Source of the DNA: a virus
Taxonomy: Duplodnaviria > Caudoviricetes
Direction: 5' to 3' (one strand)
Virus record (IMG/VR): IMGVR_UViG_3300023214_000332
Location: 1 to 61,008 of that record
Length of the DNA: 61,008 nt
Positions 8,674 through 18,665 of this stretch are shown here, piece after piece (the first letter of the stretch is position 1; each line of letters begins with the position of its first letter). The translations under genes and the position numbers were made by a program. The notes under the pieces were generated by a model that ran no database searches, was not told where the DNA came from, and worked only from the letters and a program-made list of their open reading frames with translations.

Positions 8674-8844
8674 ATGGTAGAGGGTGACTGGTTAGGTGAA
8701 TACCTTAATCGCTTGCGACAGTCTCAGTTCTACGGTAAGATTATCATTGAGATCAAAGAAGGCTCTGTAGTCCTTGTACGCAAAGAGGAGACTATAAAGC
8801 CACCCCCGGCTGCGGAGTACCCGAACCGGATTAAAGTAAAGTAG
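8674..8844 (+). CDS. 56-aa protein, DUF2292/YezD-like
   Basis: Below ORF-track cutoff; GAGG RBS; MVEGDWLGEYLNRLRQSQFYGKIIIEIKEGSVVLVRKEETIK... Confidence 0.55.
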   Translation: MVEGDWLGEYLNRLRQSQFYGKIIIEIKEGSVVLVRKEETIKPPPAAEYPNRIKVK

Positions 8845-8856
8845 AGGGTATATGGT

Positions 8857-9252
8857 ATGAGTGTTGCTGGCTTTAACAAAAAGGTTCAGGTGAAGACCAC
8901 AGGCGCCTCTGTGTACAACAATGTACCGGGTAACAATGCGTCGCTGAACTTCGCTGGCGAAATGTTGGACGACACAACGTTCAACTCCACCGGCTTGCGC
9001 AGCAGAATACGTGGTCTGAAAGATTTTAGTATATCAGTCACAGCCATTTACAGCACCACAGACACCGCTCTTAACACGATCCGTGACGCCCTGTTTAACG
9101 ATACGACGTTGAACATGAAATATTTGCCAAACGGCACAAAGGGTTTTTCGGGCAACGTAAAAGTGGAGTCTTTTAGCCTGTCGGGTGATGTGGGTGGCTT
9201 GGAGACTATAGATATATCGCTACAAGCAGACGGCGCGCTCTCGACTGCTTAA
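8857..9252 (+). CDS. Tail tube protein
   Basis: LDDTTF...RSRIRGLKDFSIS...G..KVES.S.SGDV.G.ET..ISLQ..G; position before chaperone and tape measure. Confidence 0.8.
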   Translation: MSVAGFNKKVQVKTTGASVYNNVPGNNASLNFAGEMLDDTTFNSTGLRSRIRGLKDFSISVTAIYSTTDTALNTIRDALFNDTTLNMKYLPNGTKGFSGNVKVESFSLSGDVGGLETIDISLQADGALSTA

Positions 9253-9279
9253 CCTAGAATAAGCAGGAGGTAGACCGAT

Positions 9280-9924
9280 ATGGGTCTAGCGTCGTTTAGA
9301 ACCAAGGTGAAGTTAAGTGGCACTGCCACCGCAATGACTTCACAGGCGATGTCAACACATAGTACGGTGGCCAACACCTACCGTATTAATTCCACAGCCA
9401 GACGGGTGTGGAATCCGGCTGCGAGTTTGACGTTCTACGAAAATAGCGGCACAACAGGGGTGGCCGCTGTGTCTGCTGGTGATATCAGCAACATTAACCG
9501 GTTGTTTGGCACGGTTACCTTCGCAACCACGAAGGCAGGTAATGTTAGTGTGAGTGGTCAGTACTTGCCGCTAGCCTCTCTTGCGGGGGCAAATAATTAC
9601 ACACTGAACATTACACGCGAGCAGTTGGATGATACGGCATTTGAATCAACTGGCTTGCGTAGTCGTACATCAGGGCTGTTGGACGCCGCTCTGTCTGTGT
9701 CGCGCTGGGATAATGTTGACTTAAACATCCACACGGCCCTGAGTAATGACACAAGAGTTGTATTAGAGGTGGCGCCGGGTGGCAGTACAGTGACAGTGGC
9801 TCGTGGCTTCTTTAAAGTAGAAAGTGAGGGTCACTCTGGTGATGTCGGCTCTCTGGAATCGGCCGAGGGCTCTTTTGTGCTGGATGGGTCATCTGAGGGT
9901 GCTATTACATTCGGCACACCATAA
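9280..9924 (+). CDS. Second tail-tube-like protein with N-terminal extra domain
   Basis: C-terminal half is clearly paralogous to 8857-9252 (LDDTAFESTGLRSRTSGL; KVESEGHSGDVGSLE). Confidence 0.7.
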   Translation: MGLASFRTKVKLSGTATAMTSQAMSTHSTVANTYRINSTARRVWNPAASLTFYENSGTTGVAAVSAGDISNINRLFGTVTFATTKAGNVSVSGQYLPLASLAGANNYTLNITREQLDDTAFESTGLRSRTSGLLDAALSVSRWDNVDLNIHTALSNDTRVVLEVAPGGSTVTVARGFFKVESEGHSGDVGSLESAEGSFVLDGSSEGAITFGTP

Positions 9925-9953
9925 TACAACCTAGTCTGTAAGAGGAAGAACCT

Positions 9954-10448
9954 ATGACTACTGAACAAGCAAGCAACAACACAGTTTCCAACCGGGATAA
10001 AATCCGTGCTGCAACACTAGGCCGGTCACCACAGTTTCGCCGGAAAATCATTAAGTATTCTCCGCCAAAATACAAAGAAGTGAAAGATAGTGATGGCAAC
10101 GTGGTCGCGCTAGAATTGGTTGGGTTTGACGATAAAAACCCAATTGAAGTGGAGGTCCGTCAACCAACGGTCAAACAACGCAACGACTTGCTAACCAAAT
10201 GCCGGCGTGCAGATGGCAGTGGTGTGGATGAAATGGAATTTATCTTGCAGTGCGCCATCCGCTTTGTCTATGACCCGGTTAGTGGGGAGCGCATCTATGA
10301 TGAGAAAGACTACGACGCCCTAATCTCGCAGCCAGCGGGTGATTTTGTGGACCAGTTTGGTGGAGAGGCCATTGAGTTGTTGTCTCTTGGCAACCCGGAA
10401 AAAAAATCAGCGAACTCAAGCAAGACAACTTCCGACAAGCAGTCCTAG
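9954..10448 (+). CDS. Tail assembly chaperone (gpG-like)
   Basis: Position between tube and tape measure; IEVRQPTVKQR; slippery A8 near 3' end. Confidence 0.75.
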   Translation: MTTEQASNNTVSNRDKIRAATLGRSPQFRRKIIKYSPPKYKEVKDSDGNVVALELVGFDDKNPIEVEVRQPTVKQRNDLLTKCRRADGSGVDEMEFILQCAIRFVYDPVSGERIYDEKDYDALISQPAGDFVDQFGGEAIELLSLGNPEKKSANSSKTTSDKQS

Positions 10449-10642
10449 CAATCGGGGAGAACATTCACAAATTTGCATGGGAGGTGGAGGAGTTTTGCCC
10501 CCCACACGAGTTTGATGATTGGCTTGCATGGTTTAAGATAAAGAGGGAAGAGGCTGATAGACAGTTAAAGGAAGCAAAAAGAGAGCAACAAGCGAAGCAA
10601 GCTGGATCTCGCCGCCTCGGTAGACCACGCTTAGCGAGGTAG
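10397..10642 (+). other. -1 programmed frameshift site (GGAAAAAAAA, 10397-10406) and gpGT-like extension
   Basis: The -1 frame stays open: ...EKKISELKQDNFRQAVLAIGENIHKFAWEVEEFCPPHEFDDWLAWFKIK...RPRLAR* ending 3 nt before the tape measure ATG. Confidence 0.8.
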
Positions 10643-10645
10643 TAT

Positions 10646-13600
10646 ATGGCTGTTACCACAATTGGCGAGCTTCAGTTTGTCATAGGCGCGGAGACCCGAA
10701 GCCTCCAAGCCGCACAGCGGGAGGTCAACAAAACAGTGCAAGCCTTGCGTCAGGTTACGGGCGCGAATGAGCAGTTCTCTAATGTAAACAAGAAGGTAGA
10801 GGCCCAAGTAGTAAAACAAACGCGGGCTATGCAGAGTGCGCGTGAGACGGTACTAAACCTGCGTACGCAACTACGCAACCTAAGCCGGGCAGGGGCAGAT
10901 ACCACCGCCTCTAGCCGCCAGTTAGCACGCGCATATGGCGAGCTCCGCCGCCAATTATCCAGCGGCTTGGTGTCACAAACACAGTTTAATAAATCAGTAG
11001 ACACCTTCAACCGCACCGCTAACCGCACCCGCAGGGCGTTAAGTCAGGTAGCGCGGGGCGGGAAATTAGGGGCGGACGCTACAGGCGACCTCTCACAGCG
11101 CATGACAGACTTGTCGAAGTCTGTCCAGGTAGCCCTCGGCCCATTGTCGGGCGTCGCCTCTCGTATTACCGCCCTAACCTCCCTGGCTAACCGCAATACT
11201 GCTGCTATTGCTGGGCTAATTGGCGCGATGATTGGTTTTGGTGCCGCAGCCACGAAGTCTATTCGCGCTGGCCTTCAGTTTGAATCTGAAATGGCTGTTA
11301 TAGAAAACCGGGTACGTACTTTAGGGGATAGCTTGGGGTTTACTGCGGAGCAGCTAGACGTAATAGCAAAACGGTTGGGTCGTGATACCCTTACCAATGC
11401 CAATGAAGCACGTAAAGCCATTGTTGCCCTGAGTACGGCTACGTCGCTTGGTGGGGATAACTTCAAGCAGGCCCTAATATTAAGTCAAGATTTGGCTGCC
11501 AGTGGTTTTGGTGACTTAATCTCTCAAGCCCGGCGTCTTGCACAGGTATTGGAGGATCCAAAAGAGGGGATGGATCGACTGCGCCGTGTCGGTGTTATTT
11601 TTAATGACCAGCAGCGAGAGATTATCCGCACCTTGGTAGAAACGGGTGATGTGGCAACTGCACAGCGTATTGTATTGGAGGAGCTTACTAAAAAGGTTGG
11701 GGGGAACGCCAAGGCGGCGGCACAGGGGTTGGCGGGGGCATGGGATACGCTTAAGGAGACGTTGACCGAGGCCTCAGAGCGGTCAGTTAAAGAATCCGGC
11801 GCGTTAGACAACCTGACAGAGGTTGTTAACCGGGTTACCCGTGCGGTGCGGGAACTTATTGAAACTAGCGACATTCTTCCGAAGTTTGGTAAGGCGGTAA
11901 ATACCGTAGCAACCGGCTCGGCCAAAGTGGTAGCCGTGTTGATTGAGAATTTCGAACTGTTGGCCATAACACTGGCGACCACATTAGGAGCGCGCGTGTT
12001 GGGGCGGTTATTGCCTAGCCTGATTAGCTTGCGTGTAGGGTTGGAGGGTGTGCGGAAATCCCTGCTTGCTTTGTTAGCGATTAAGGGTCTTAAGCTAATT
12101 TTCGGTGCCAGCCCAATAGCTTTGATCGCAACTGTGGTGGGTTTGATTACGGGCTTGTTGGTGAAGCTAGATCTACTCGGCCCAACTATGCGTGCTGTGG
12201 GTGGGGTGTTTGAGCAGGTTTGGTTAAACATGAAAGCACCAATTGAGGGTGTAATTGACAAGGTAAAAGAGGTAACAGGCACCATAAAACTTATGGTGGG
12301 CGACCTGCTGGGTGGGCTTGTCAGCTTGGGCGGGAAAATTGGTAACAAAGTGTTGGATTTCCTTGGTCTCGACCCCGATAGGGCAAAGGAAGCTCTGGCG
12401 GCGTTTAGTGGTAAGGTTAAGGAGGGTATACCCAAAGCCTTGGGGGCGTTGGGAGATAAAACAGGCGTCTCTGCTTTGTTGTCCGCTGAGGTGGAGGGCG
12501 CGAAGCTGATATTTGAGGATGCTAGCGCCGCTTTGGCTGCTGCGGTGGAAAAGAAGGGCCTGACCATAAAAGAAATCTTTAGTGGCCTTTCTGGGGAAAT
12601 AGACAATTTCGCTGAATCCGCCGGTAATACCCTAGCCCAACTAGAGTCGGACATTAACTCCATCCAATTCCCAGAGGCACTAAAGGAGGCTACGGTTGCA
12701 CTTAAATCCGCCGCGCTGGAGGAGGCTGGCGTAGAGGAGTCCACAATTAAGTTGGCTGCCAGTGCCGGCATCCTTGACCGCGCATTCCGCGTGTCTGCAG
12801 ATGGGGTTGAGATTCTCAACAACTCCTTGAAAGAGATAAACAACCGTAAGCGGGACGCGGAGCAGCTTAAAGAGATTTTCAAAATTATAGAGAAAGACCT
12901 CCCCGCCGATGCCGGTATCGTGCAGGTGCGCAAGGAAACGGAGCAGTTAATAGCCAATGCGAAGCGTTTGGCAAAAGAAATGCCAGAGATCTTTGGCCCC
13001 AAACTAGAGACAGCAATGAAGGCGATTGAGAACCGCCAGGACCAGCTCATTAGCAAGTTTGAGAAGCCAAAGCGTGATGCAGAGGAGATGGTTGAAAAGC
13101 TGAACGAGCAGGCGGAAGCTTTGGGCAAATCAGAACGTGAACTGTTTATTATCAACCAGTTGCTTAAGTTGGATAAGCAGGGCATGGAAGAGCTCGGTGT
13201 TGAGGCAGAGGAGATTGCACGCACATTTGAGAATGTGCGCCGGGCGGCGGGCAATGTTTTTGACCAACGCGAGGCAATAAAGCAGTTCAAGTCCAGCATG
13301 GGTGAAATTGCCAGTCTGGTAGACCGGTCGTTTGATCGCATTGGCGACCAGATTACGGAGATGTTTGTACGCGGTGAGGAGGCCGCTATAGATTTTGGCA
13401 ACATTGTGCGCAGCGTTGTATCAGAGATTATTCAATTCTTCACACAACTGGCCATAATTAACCCAATAAAGAACTTGTTCTTGTCCAGCGTCCCTGGGGC
13501 TACACTGTCACCTACGCTATCAACTATAGGTCTTGCTGGTGCTGGTGTGGGCGCGGCTGCTGCCGGTGGTATAGGCACCGGCGGGCTGTTGCAAGGCGCT

Positions 13601-14956
13601 GGGCTAGTGAGTGGGCTAGTCAGTGGGTTCCAGTCACCGGGTCTTGGGTTGTTTGCCGCTAACTTGGGCAGCAAAGTAGGTCTCGGTGCAGTTGGGCAGG
13701 GTATTTTGGGGAATGCCTTTACAAACATTGGATTTGGTGGCTTAGGTACGCTGGCAGCGTCCCTCCTGGGCTTGGGCGGGGGGTTACCGTCCACCGTATT
13801 GGGTATAGGTGGCGGCTTGGCTGGCGGGGCTCTGGGCAGCTCATTAGGCGCTCTCGGTAGTATTGGCGGGCCTATAGGGGCAGTAGCGGGCGGTCTTTTG
13901 GGGTCTGTACTTGGCGGTTTGTTTGGCGGCAAGCCCTCACGGGAGATTGCTGGTGTCCAGTTTGAGCTAGGTAAGGGGGTAACTGCCACCGGCGGTAAAG
14001 GCGCTTCACCACAACAGTCAGCAGAGATAGCGAAGCAGTTATCTATTGCATTGCAACAATTCGCTGCTGCAGTGGGTGGTACAGCAAAGGGCGCATTTAG
14101 CATCCAGACATTTGGGAACGCAGATAAATTTAAGGGCAAATCACCATTTAGCCTTAACTTTGGATTCCAGTTTGAGTCAGCGCAAGACCTGTTGGCCGCC
14201 GCCCCACTTCAGTTGCTCAAAGACGGTAAAGTGGCGATTGCTGGCTTGGGTAAAGAGCTGACACGGGTACTGAAGTTGTCACTAGGCCGTGGTAATGACC
14301 TGAAGCAGGTTGCGGATGATATTGATTTTGCACGCAAAATACTGGGGCTGGCATCTACCGAGAACCTCTCGGCACTGCGGGAGTTGACAGCACAATTTGA
14401 CGCTATGCGGGAGCGTGCCCTGTCGTTGGGTCTGTCTATTAAAGAGATCAATGAGGCGGAGCTGCGCGCACTGTCAGACCTTGAGAATCAAATACTTAAC
14501 TCCTTATCCGCTATAGCGGACGAGGCACGCAAGTTATTGAATTTAGACGCGCTGTTTAATCTGCGTGACCAACTGTCCTTCGGCTCCCTATCCCCATTGG
14601 CGCCAATACCCAGGTTTGAGGCGGCAAAGTCCCGCTTTAATGAGGTTGCACAGGCTGCTCTGGCTGGAGATACACAAGCTATACGTGATTTCCCTGGCAT
14701 TGCTCGAGAGGCTGTTGATATAGGTCGAGATACTTTTGCTAGTGGCCCTCAGTTTGCAGAATTTTTTGTTACGGCGAAGTCCACACTGGACCAACTCATT
14801 GGCCAACAGGAATCATTGGTTGGCATGATTGAGTTTGAGCTGGACACTACTATCAGACAGACAAGTGAGCAGCAGGTAGCGGCGCTGAAAGAGATGCAAA
14901 CACAGCTTAGTGCCGACCTACAGGCAGTGCGTAGGGAGATCGCCAAACGGCGGTAA
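10646..14956 (+). CDS. Tail tape measure protein
   Basis: 1436 aa, Ala/Leu/Gly-rich helical; TIGELQFVIGAET start; LEDPKEGMDRLRRVGVIF lambda-like core. Confidence 0.92.
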   Translation: MAVTTIGELQFVIGAETRSLQAAQREVNKTVQALRQVTGANEQFSNVNKKVEAQVVKQTRAMQSARETVLNLRTQLRNLSRAGADTTASSRQLARAYGELRRQLSSGLVSQTQFNKSVDTFNRTANRTRRALSQVARGGKLGADATGDLSQRMTDLSKSVQVALGPLSGVASRITALTSLANRNTAAIAGLIGAMIGFGAAATKSIRAGLQFESEMAVIENRVRTLGDSLGFTAEQLDVIAKRLGRDTLTNANEARKAIVALSTATSLGGDNFKQALILSQDLAASGFGDLISQARRLAQVLEDPKEGMDRLRRVGVIFNDQQREIIRTLVETGDVATAQRIVLEELTKKVGGNAKAAAQGLAGAWDTLKETLTEASERSVKESGALDNLTEVVNRVTRAVRELIETSDILPKFGKAVNTVATGSAKVVAVLIENFELLAITLATTLGARVLGRLLPSLISLRVGLEGVRKSLLALLAIKGLKLIFGASPIALIATVVGLITGLLVKLDLLGPTMRAVGGVFEQVWLNMKAPIEGVIDKVKEVTGTIKLMVGDLLGGLVSLGGKIGNKVLDFLGLDPDRAKEALAAFSGKVKEGIPKALGALGDKTGVSALLSAEVEGAKLIFEDASAALAAAVEKKGLTIKEIFSGLSGEIDNFAESAGNTLAQLESDINSIQFPEALKEATVALKSAALEEAGVEESTIKLAASAGILDRAFRVSADGVEILNNSLKEINNRKRDAEQLKEIFKIIEKDLPADAGIVQVRKETEQLIANAKRLAKEMPEIFGPKLETAMKAIENRQDQLISKFEKPKRDAEEMVEKLNEQAEALGKSERELFIINQLLKLDKQGMEELGVEAEEIARTFENVRRAAGNVFDQREAIKQFKSSMGEIASLVDRSFDRIGDQITEMFVRGEEAAIDFGNIVRSVVSEIIQFFTQLAIINPIKNLFLSSVPGATLSPTLSTIGLAGAGVGAAAAGGIGTGGLLQGAGLVSGLVSGFQSPGLGLFAANLGSKVGLGAVGQGILGNAFTNIGFGGLGTLAASLLGLGGGLPSTVLGIGGGLAGGALGSSLGALGSIGGPIGAVAGGLLGSVLGGLFGGKPSREIAGVQFELGKGVTATGGKGASPQQSAEIAKQLSIALQQFAAAVGGTAKGAFSIQTFGNADKFKGKSPFSLNFGFQFESAQDLLAAAPLQLLKDGKVAIAGLGKELTRVLKLSLGRGNDLKQVADDIDFARKILGLASTENLSALRELTAQFDAMRERALSLGLSIKEINEAELRALSDLENQILNSLSAIADEARKLLNLDALFNLRDQLSFGSLSPLAPIPRFEAAKSRFNEVAQAALAGDTQAIRDFPGIAREAVDIGRDTFASGPQFAEFFVTAKSTLDQLIGQQESLVGMIEFELDTTIRQTSEQQVAALKEMQTQLSADLQAVRREIAKRR

Positions 14957-14961
14957 TAGCC

Positions 14962-15138
14962 ATGCTGGGTTATGGTGCGTTCTCTGAGCTGACATTCCTT
15001 GAGGTCCGGGTTGCAGACCAGTTCGCCCCAGGTGTGGCCGCCAAATTTAACGCCCTTATAATCAACCCAACAGCTAAACGGGAGTACTTGATACACATGC
15101 GCCCGTTTAAGCTAAACCCAGAAAATCCAACAACTTAG
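14962..15138 (+). CDS. 58-aa tail-tip-associated protein
   Basis: Below cutoff; MLGYGAFSELTFLEVRVADQ... shares its N-terminus with the next gene and fills the gap exactly. Confidence 0.6.
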   Translation: MLGYGAFSELTFLEVRVADQFAPGVAAKFNALIINPTAKREYLIHMRPFKLNPENPTT

Positions 15139-15140
15139 CA

Positions 15141-16655
15141 ATGTTTGGTTACACAGCCTTCGCTGAACTACCGTTTTTAACGGTTAAGTCCTCTGACCAG
15201 TTGACAGAGGGTGTAGCTGATTTCTACTTCAGCCGATTTGGGTTTGTGACCAGCACTGGGGATAGCCCCAGCCGCACATTGTATGATCCCCGTGTATTGC
15301 AACCCCTGCAGTTTGATCGGTCGATCTTAAACAGTGGTCGCATTGGCGGGCTCACTATAGCTACTGGGGAGATCGTTTTAGCTAATGGTGACGGGGCACT
15401 GGATAGCTTTGCGGTATCTCACGCTTTTGACGGTCGTACAGTAACCGTGAAGTTAGGGTCAACTGATTTTGCTACCAGTGAGTTTGGTCAGGTGTTCAAC
15501 GGCGTTATGCAAGACGTGGTGCTAGATGAAAACCGCGTAATAGTCAATATTAGGGATCGGTTACTTGACCTTGAGTTACCAATTCAGTCTGATTTCTACG
15601 AAGGTACCGGTGGAAATGAGGGTGGTGCAGACCTAAAGGGCAAGCCCAAGCCTATTGCTTACGGGAAGGTCAGAAATGTGCCGGCTGTGTTGGTAGACAA
15701 AACCAATTTGATTTACCAAGTACATGATGGGTCTGTACAGGACATCTCAGCCGTATATGACCGTGGGGTTAGTTTGAATGAGACTACTGCGGCACCGGGG
15801 TTGGGCGAGTACAAGCAAACCAGCACAGCCGGCACATTCCAGTTGGGCGGGGCGCCAGATGGGACCATAACAGCAGACGTGGAGGGAGATAATTCAACAG
15901 ATTTTGCGGTCAAGACCGGGGAAATTGTCCAACGAATTTTACTTAACCGGGCCAGCATAGCCTCGTCGTTGATAGACACAACGGCGTTCACTAAGTTAAA
16001 CACAGCCAGCACGGCCAAAATTGGTATTTGGATCGGGCCGGAGCAGCAATTAATGACAGATGTGGTGGACCGCCTGCTCTTCGGCATTGGTGCTTATGGG
16101 TATTTTACCCGCCTTGGGTTATTTACTGTTGGGGTGTTTGAGGATCCGAAAGCTGTTGGAGATGTAGTCAAACAGGCGTTTGGAGAGGTTGATATTATAG
16201 CAATACGCCGCGAGGCCTTGCCTGGGTTTGGCAACCCACCAATATGGCGAGCACAAGTGACATATAAAGTGAATTATATGGTACAAACTGACCTTGCGGG
16301 CGGATCCTCTGTCGGGCAGCAGGAGTTTGCAGTCGAGCCTTTCCGCTTGGCTGTAGCTACCGACTTGGCGGTCAAAAGCAGGTTTTCGTTGGCCGATGAC
16401 CCAGAGCCTATAGCTGCACTATATGATAACTCCAGTGACGCGCAGAATGAGGCAACACGCATATTAAACCTGCATAAAACCCCACGGGCCTTGTTTGAGT
16501 TTGTCACAAAGACAAAAGCAACGAAAATGAAGATTGGCGATGTTATCTCAATAACCTACCCACGGTGGGAGCTTAAGAATGGGCAACTTGCGCGTATAAT
16601 CGGTATAAGTGAGAACGCCGAGCGCAATGAGTTTGCCTTGACAGTGTTTGTATGA
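15141..16655 (+). CDS. Tail tip / baseplate hub-like protein
   Basis: L.NGDGALD, GGADLKGKPKPIAYGKVRNVP, AVYDRG motifs; follows tape measure. Confidence 0.75.
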   Translation: MFGYTAFAELPFLTVKSSDQLTEGVADFYFSRFGFVTSTGDSPSRTLYDPRVLQPLQFDRSILNSGRIGGLTIATGEIVLANGDGALDSFAVSHAFDGRTVTVKLGSTDFATSEFGQVFNGVMQDVVLDENRVIVNIRDRLLDLELPIQSDFYEGTGGNEGGADLKGKPKPIAYGKVRNVPAVLVDKTNLIYQVHDGSVQDISAVYDRGVSLNETTAAPGLGEYKQTSTAGTFQLGGAPDGTITADVEGDNSTDFAVKTGEIVQRILLNRASIASSLIDTTAFTKLNTASTAKIGIWIGPEQQLMTDVVDRLLFGIGAYGYFTRLGLFTVGVFEDPKAVGDVVKQAFGEVDIIAIRREALPGFGNPPIWRAQVTYKVNYMVQTDLAGGSSVGQQEFAVEPFRLAVATDLAVKSRFSLADDPEPIAALYDNSSDAQNEATRILNLHKTPRALFEFVTKTKATKMKIGDVISITYPRWELKNGQLARIIGISENAERNEFALTVFV

Positions 16656-17419
16656 AAATAGCTTGGGTCAACCGGTTTGATGATGGTGCGGTAACGGCGG
16701 GATCCCGCGTGTCTAGCCTTCCACCAGAAAACCTCCAAAACCCGCACTTAGCGGTAAAATGGCATAGCGAGGGTGGTGTGAATAATACCCACGTTGTAGC
16801 CGACTTGGGCGCTAGCAGCACTGTCGATTGTGTAGCGGCAATAGGCGCGAATTTGACCGCTAGCGCCACCTTACGGGTCCGGGCCAGTGATACAGATAGT
16901 ACTGGTGCGGATGGTGCTAAGTATGATAGCGGCGCATTAAATTCTGTAATATCAGACAGTTACAAAAACTTTTACCACTCCTTGTCATCAACAATCACCG
17001 CCAGGTATTGGCGTGTGGACTTCAACGACTCCACGCTGAATAACATACGTGTAGGACGCCTGTTTATAGGGCCAGCCTGGACGCCTACGAAAGAGATGTT
17101 GTTTGGCTGGGCCTTAACCTGGGCGGATAATAGCCGCAGGACAAAGAGCCGTGGTGGCCAGTCATACATAGATCTGGGACCGAGGTTTAGGATCCTAGAT
17201 TTCACGCTGTCCTTCATGGGGCAGTCAGAGATGTACAACAACGCATTCGAGTTGGCGCGGCGCAACGGTACCAATGAGGATGTGTTGGTGATACCAGACG
17301 AGGACAGTAGTTTTCTGTCAGAGTTCTCCGTTTTTGGCTTAGTCTCTGGCGCCCTCCCCCTAACTCATGCTAACTTTAATGTCTACCGGCAACGGTACCG
17401 AATAGAAGAGAGGCTGTAA
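16652..17419 (+). CDS. Minor tail (distal-tail-like) protein
   Basis: ARYWRV, VGRLFIG..W.P, D.S....SRGG..Y motifs. Confidence 0.65.
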   Translation: MKIAWVNRFDDGAVTAGSRVSSLPPENLQNPHLAVKWHSEGGVNNTHVVADLGASSTVDCVAAIGANLTASATLRVRASDTDSTGADGAKYDSGALNSVISDSYKNFYHSLSSTITARYWRVDFNDSTLNNIRVGRLFIGPAWTPTKEMLFGWALTWADNSRRTKSRGGQSYIDLGPRFRILDFTLSFMGQSEMYNNAFELARRNGTNEDVLVIPDEDSSFLSEFSVFGLVSGALPLTHANFNVYRQRYRIEERL

Positions 17420-18654
17420 TGTCGTTTGTACTAGCTAACCGCGTAAAAGAGACCTCCACAACTAACGGCACAGGCACACTAGACCTGGATGGTCCCGCAA
17501 CCGGCTTCCAGTCCTTTGTTGCCGGCGTTGGGGATAACAACTCCACTGTCTACATGATTACTGATGGTACTGATTGGGAGGTTGGGCTAGGTACGGTTAG
17601 TGACGCGGCTACGGATACCTTAAGCCGTGACGTAATTTTTGCCTCCAGCAACAGCGATGCTGCAGTCAATTGGGCTGGTAGTACGACTAAGGATGTAATT
17701 TGTGGGTTTGGTGCTGACGGGTTTTTGCAAAACTTGGTTTTGTATAGCACCGATGCTGGCGCGAGTGCTGGGCCAGAGCTATTTATACGGCGCTCTAGTG
17801 CTAGTCCAGCAGCAAATGATGAGCTAGGTAAGCTTACATTCCATGGTCGTGATAGCGGCGGAGCGAATAACCCGTACGCAAGCCTTCTTGGCCACATTAT
17901 TGACCCGACAAACGGGACAGAGGATGGCGCCCTAGAAATAAAGGGCATGATTGGTGGTGCAGATAGTACCCTACTGAAGTTGCAGGGTGCCCAATCCTAC
18001 ACGCTACGTAGCGTGCAGGTGTTTACCGGCAGCGGTACATGGACAAAACCGGCGGGGACAAACGCCGTACTCGTGCGCGTGGTGGGGGGCGGTGGTGCTG
18101 GCGGAGGCGCGGCGGCGACGGGTGCCGGCGCATCAGACGCCGGCGGGGGCGGCGGCGCTGGCGAATATGCCGAAAAATTTATCACCTCTGGTCTGGGTGC
18201 CACCGAAACCGTCACCATCGGGGCCGGTGGCACCGGTGTCAGCGGCGGCACCGGCGGTAACGGTGGCACGACCTCGTTCGGCTCGCATGTCACCGCTGCC
18301 GGAGGGAGCGGATCTGCCAATATCGGCGCGGGCGCGGGCCTGACCGCTGGCGGATTTGGTTCCGGGGGGACAGGCGGCTCTGGCGGAGATCTGCATGTCA
18401 AAGGGTCAGAGGGAACAGGCGCGTGGCGTGTCGGTAACTCGGTATCCGGTGCCGTCGTGCTCGGTTTCGGTGGCCACGGGGGTGCCTCGGCATTCGGGGC
18501 GGGCACGCGGGGGAAAATCGCGACGACCACAAGCGCGGGTTTGAGCGCGCAGCGCGGCGCAGGCGGCGGCGGTGCCGCCAATGGGGCCAGCCAGTCCGCT
18601 GTTGCGGGCGGTGACGGCGGCGACGGCGTTTGTATTGTCTACAATTTTAACTGA
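17419..18654 (+). CDS. Tail fibre / receptor-binding protein with glycine-rich C-terminus
   Basis: LANRVKETSTTNGTGT...WEVGLGT...TLSR N-terminal anchor; FTGSGTWTKPAG + GGGG-rich domain. Confidence 0.8.
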   Translation: MSFVLANRVKETSTTNGTGTLDLDGPATGFQSFVAGVGDNNSTVYMITDGTDWEVGLGTVSDAATDTLSRDVIFASSNSDAAVNWAGSTTKDVICGFGADGFLQNLVLYSTDAGASAGPELFIRRSSASPAANDELGKLTFHGRDSGGANNPYASLLGHIIDPTNGTEDGALEIKGMIGGADSTLLKLQGAQSYTLRSVQVFTGSGTWTKPAGTNAVLVRVVGGGGAGGGAAATGAGASDAGGGGGAGEYAEKFITSGLGATETVTIGAGGTGVSGGTGGNGGTTSFGSHVTAAGGSGSANIGAGAGLTAGGFGSGGTGGSGGDLHVKGSEGTGAWRVGNSVSGAVVLGFGGHGGASAFGAGTRGKIATTTSAGLSAQRGAGGGGAANGASQSAVAGGDGGDGVCIVYNFN

Positions 18655-18665
18655 CCGAGGCGACC

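Noticed and set aside
11524-14139. Long antisense ORFs (626 aa, 235 aa) and similar shadows opposite TerL, portal and NrdJ
   Set aside because: They mirror well-supported genes, lack RBSs and motifs, and are expected from codon bias
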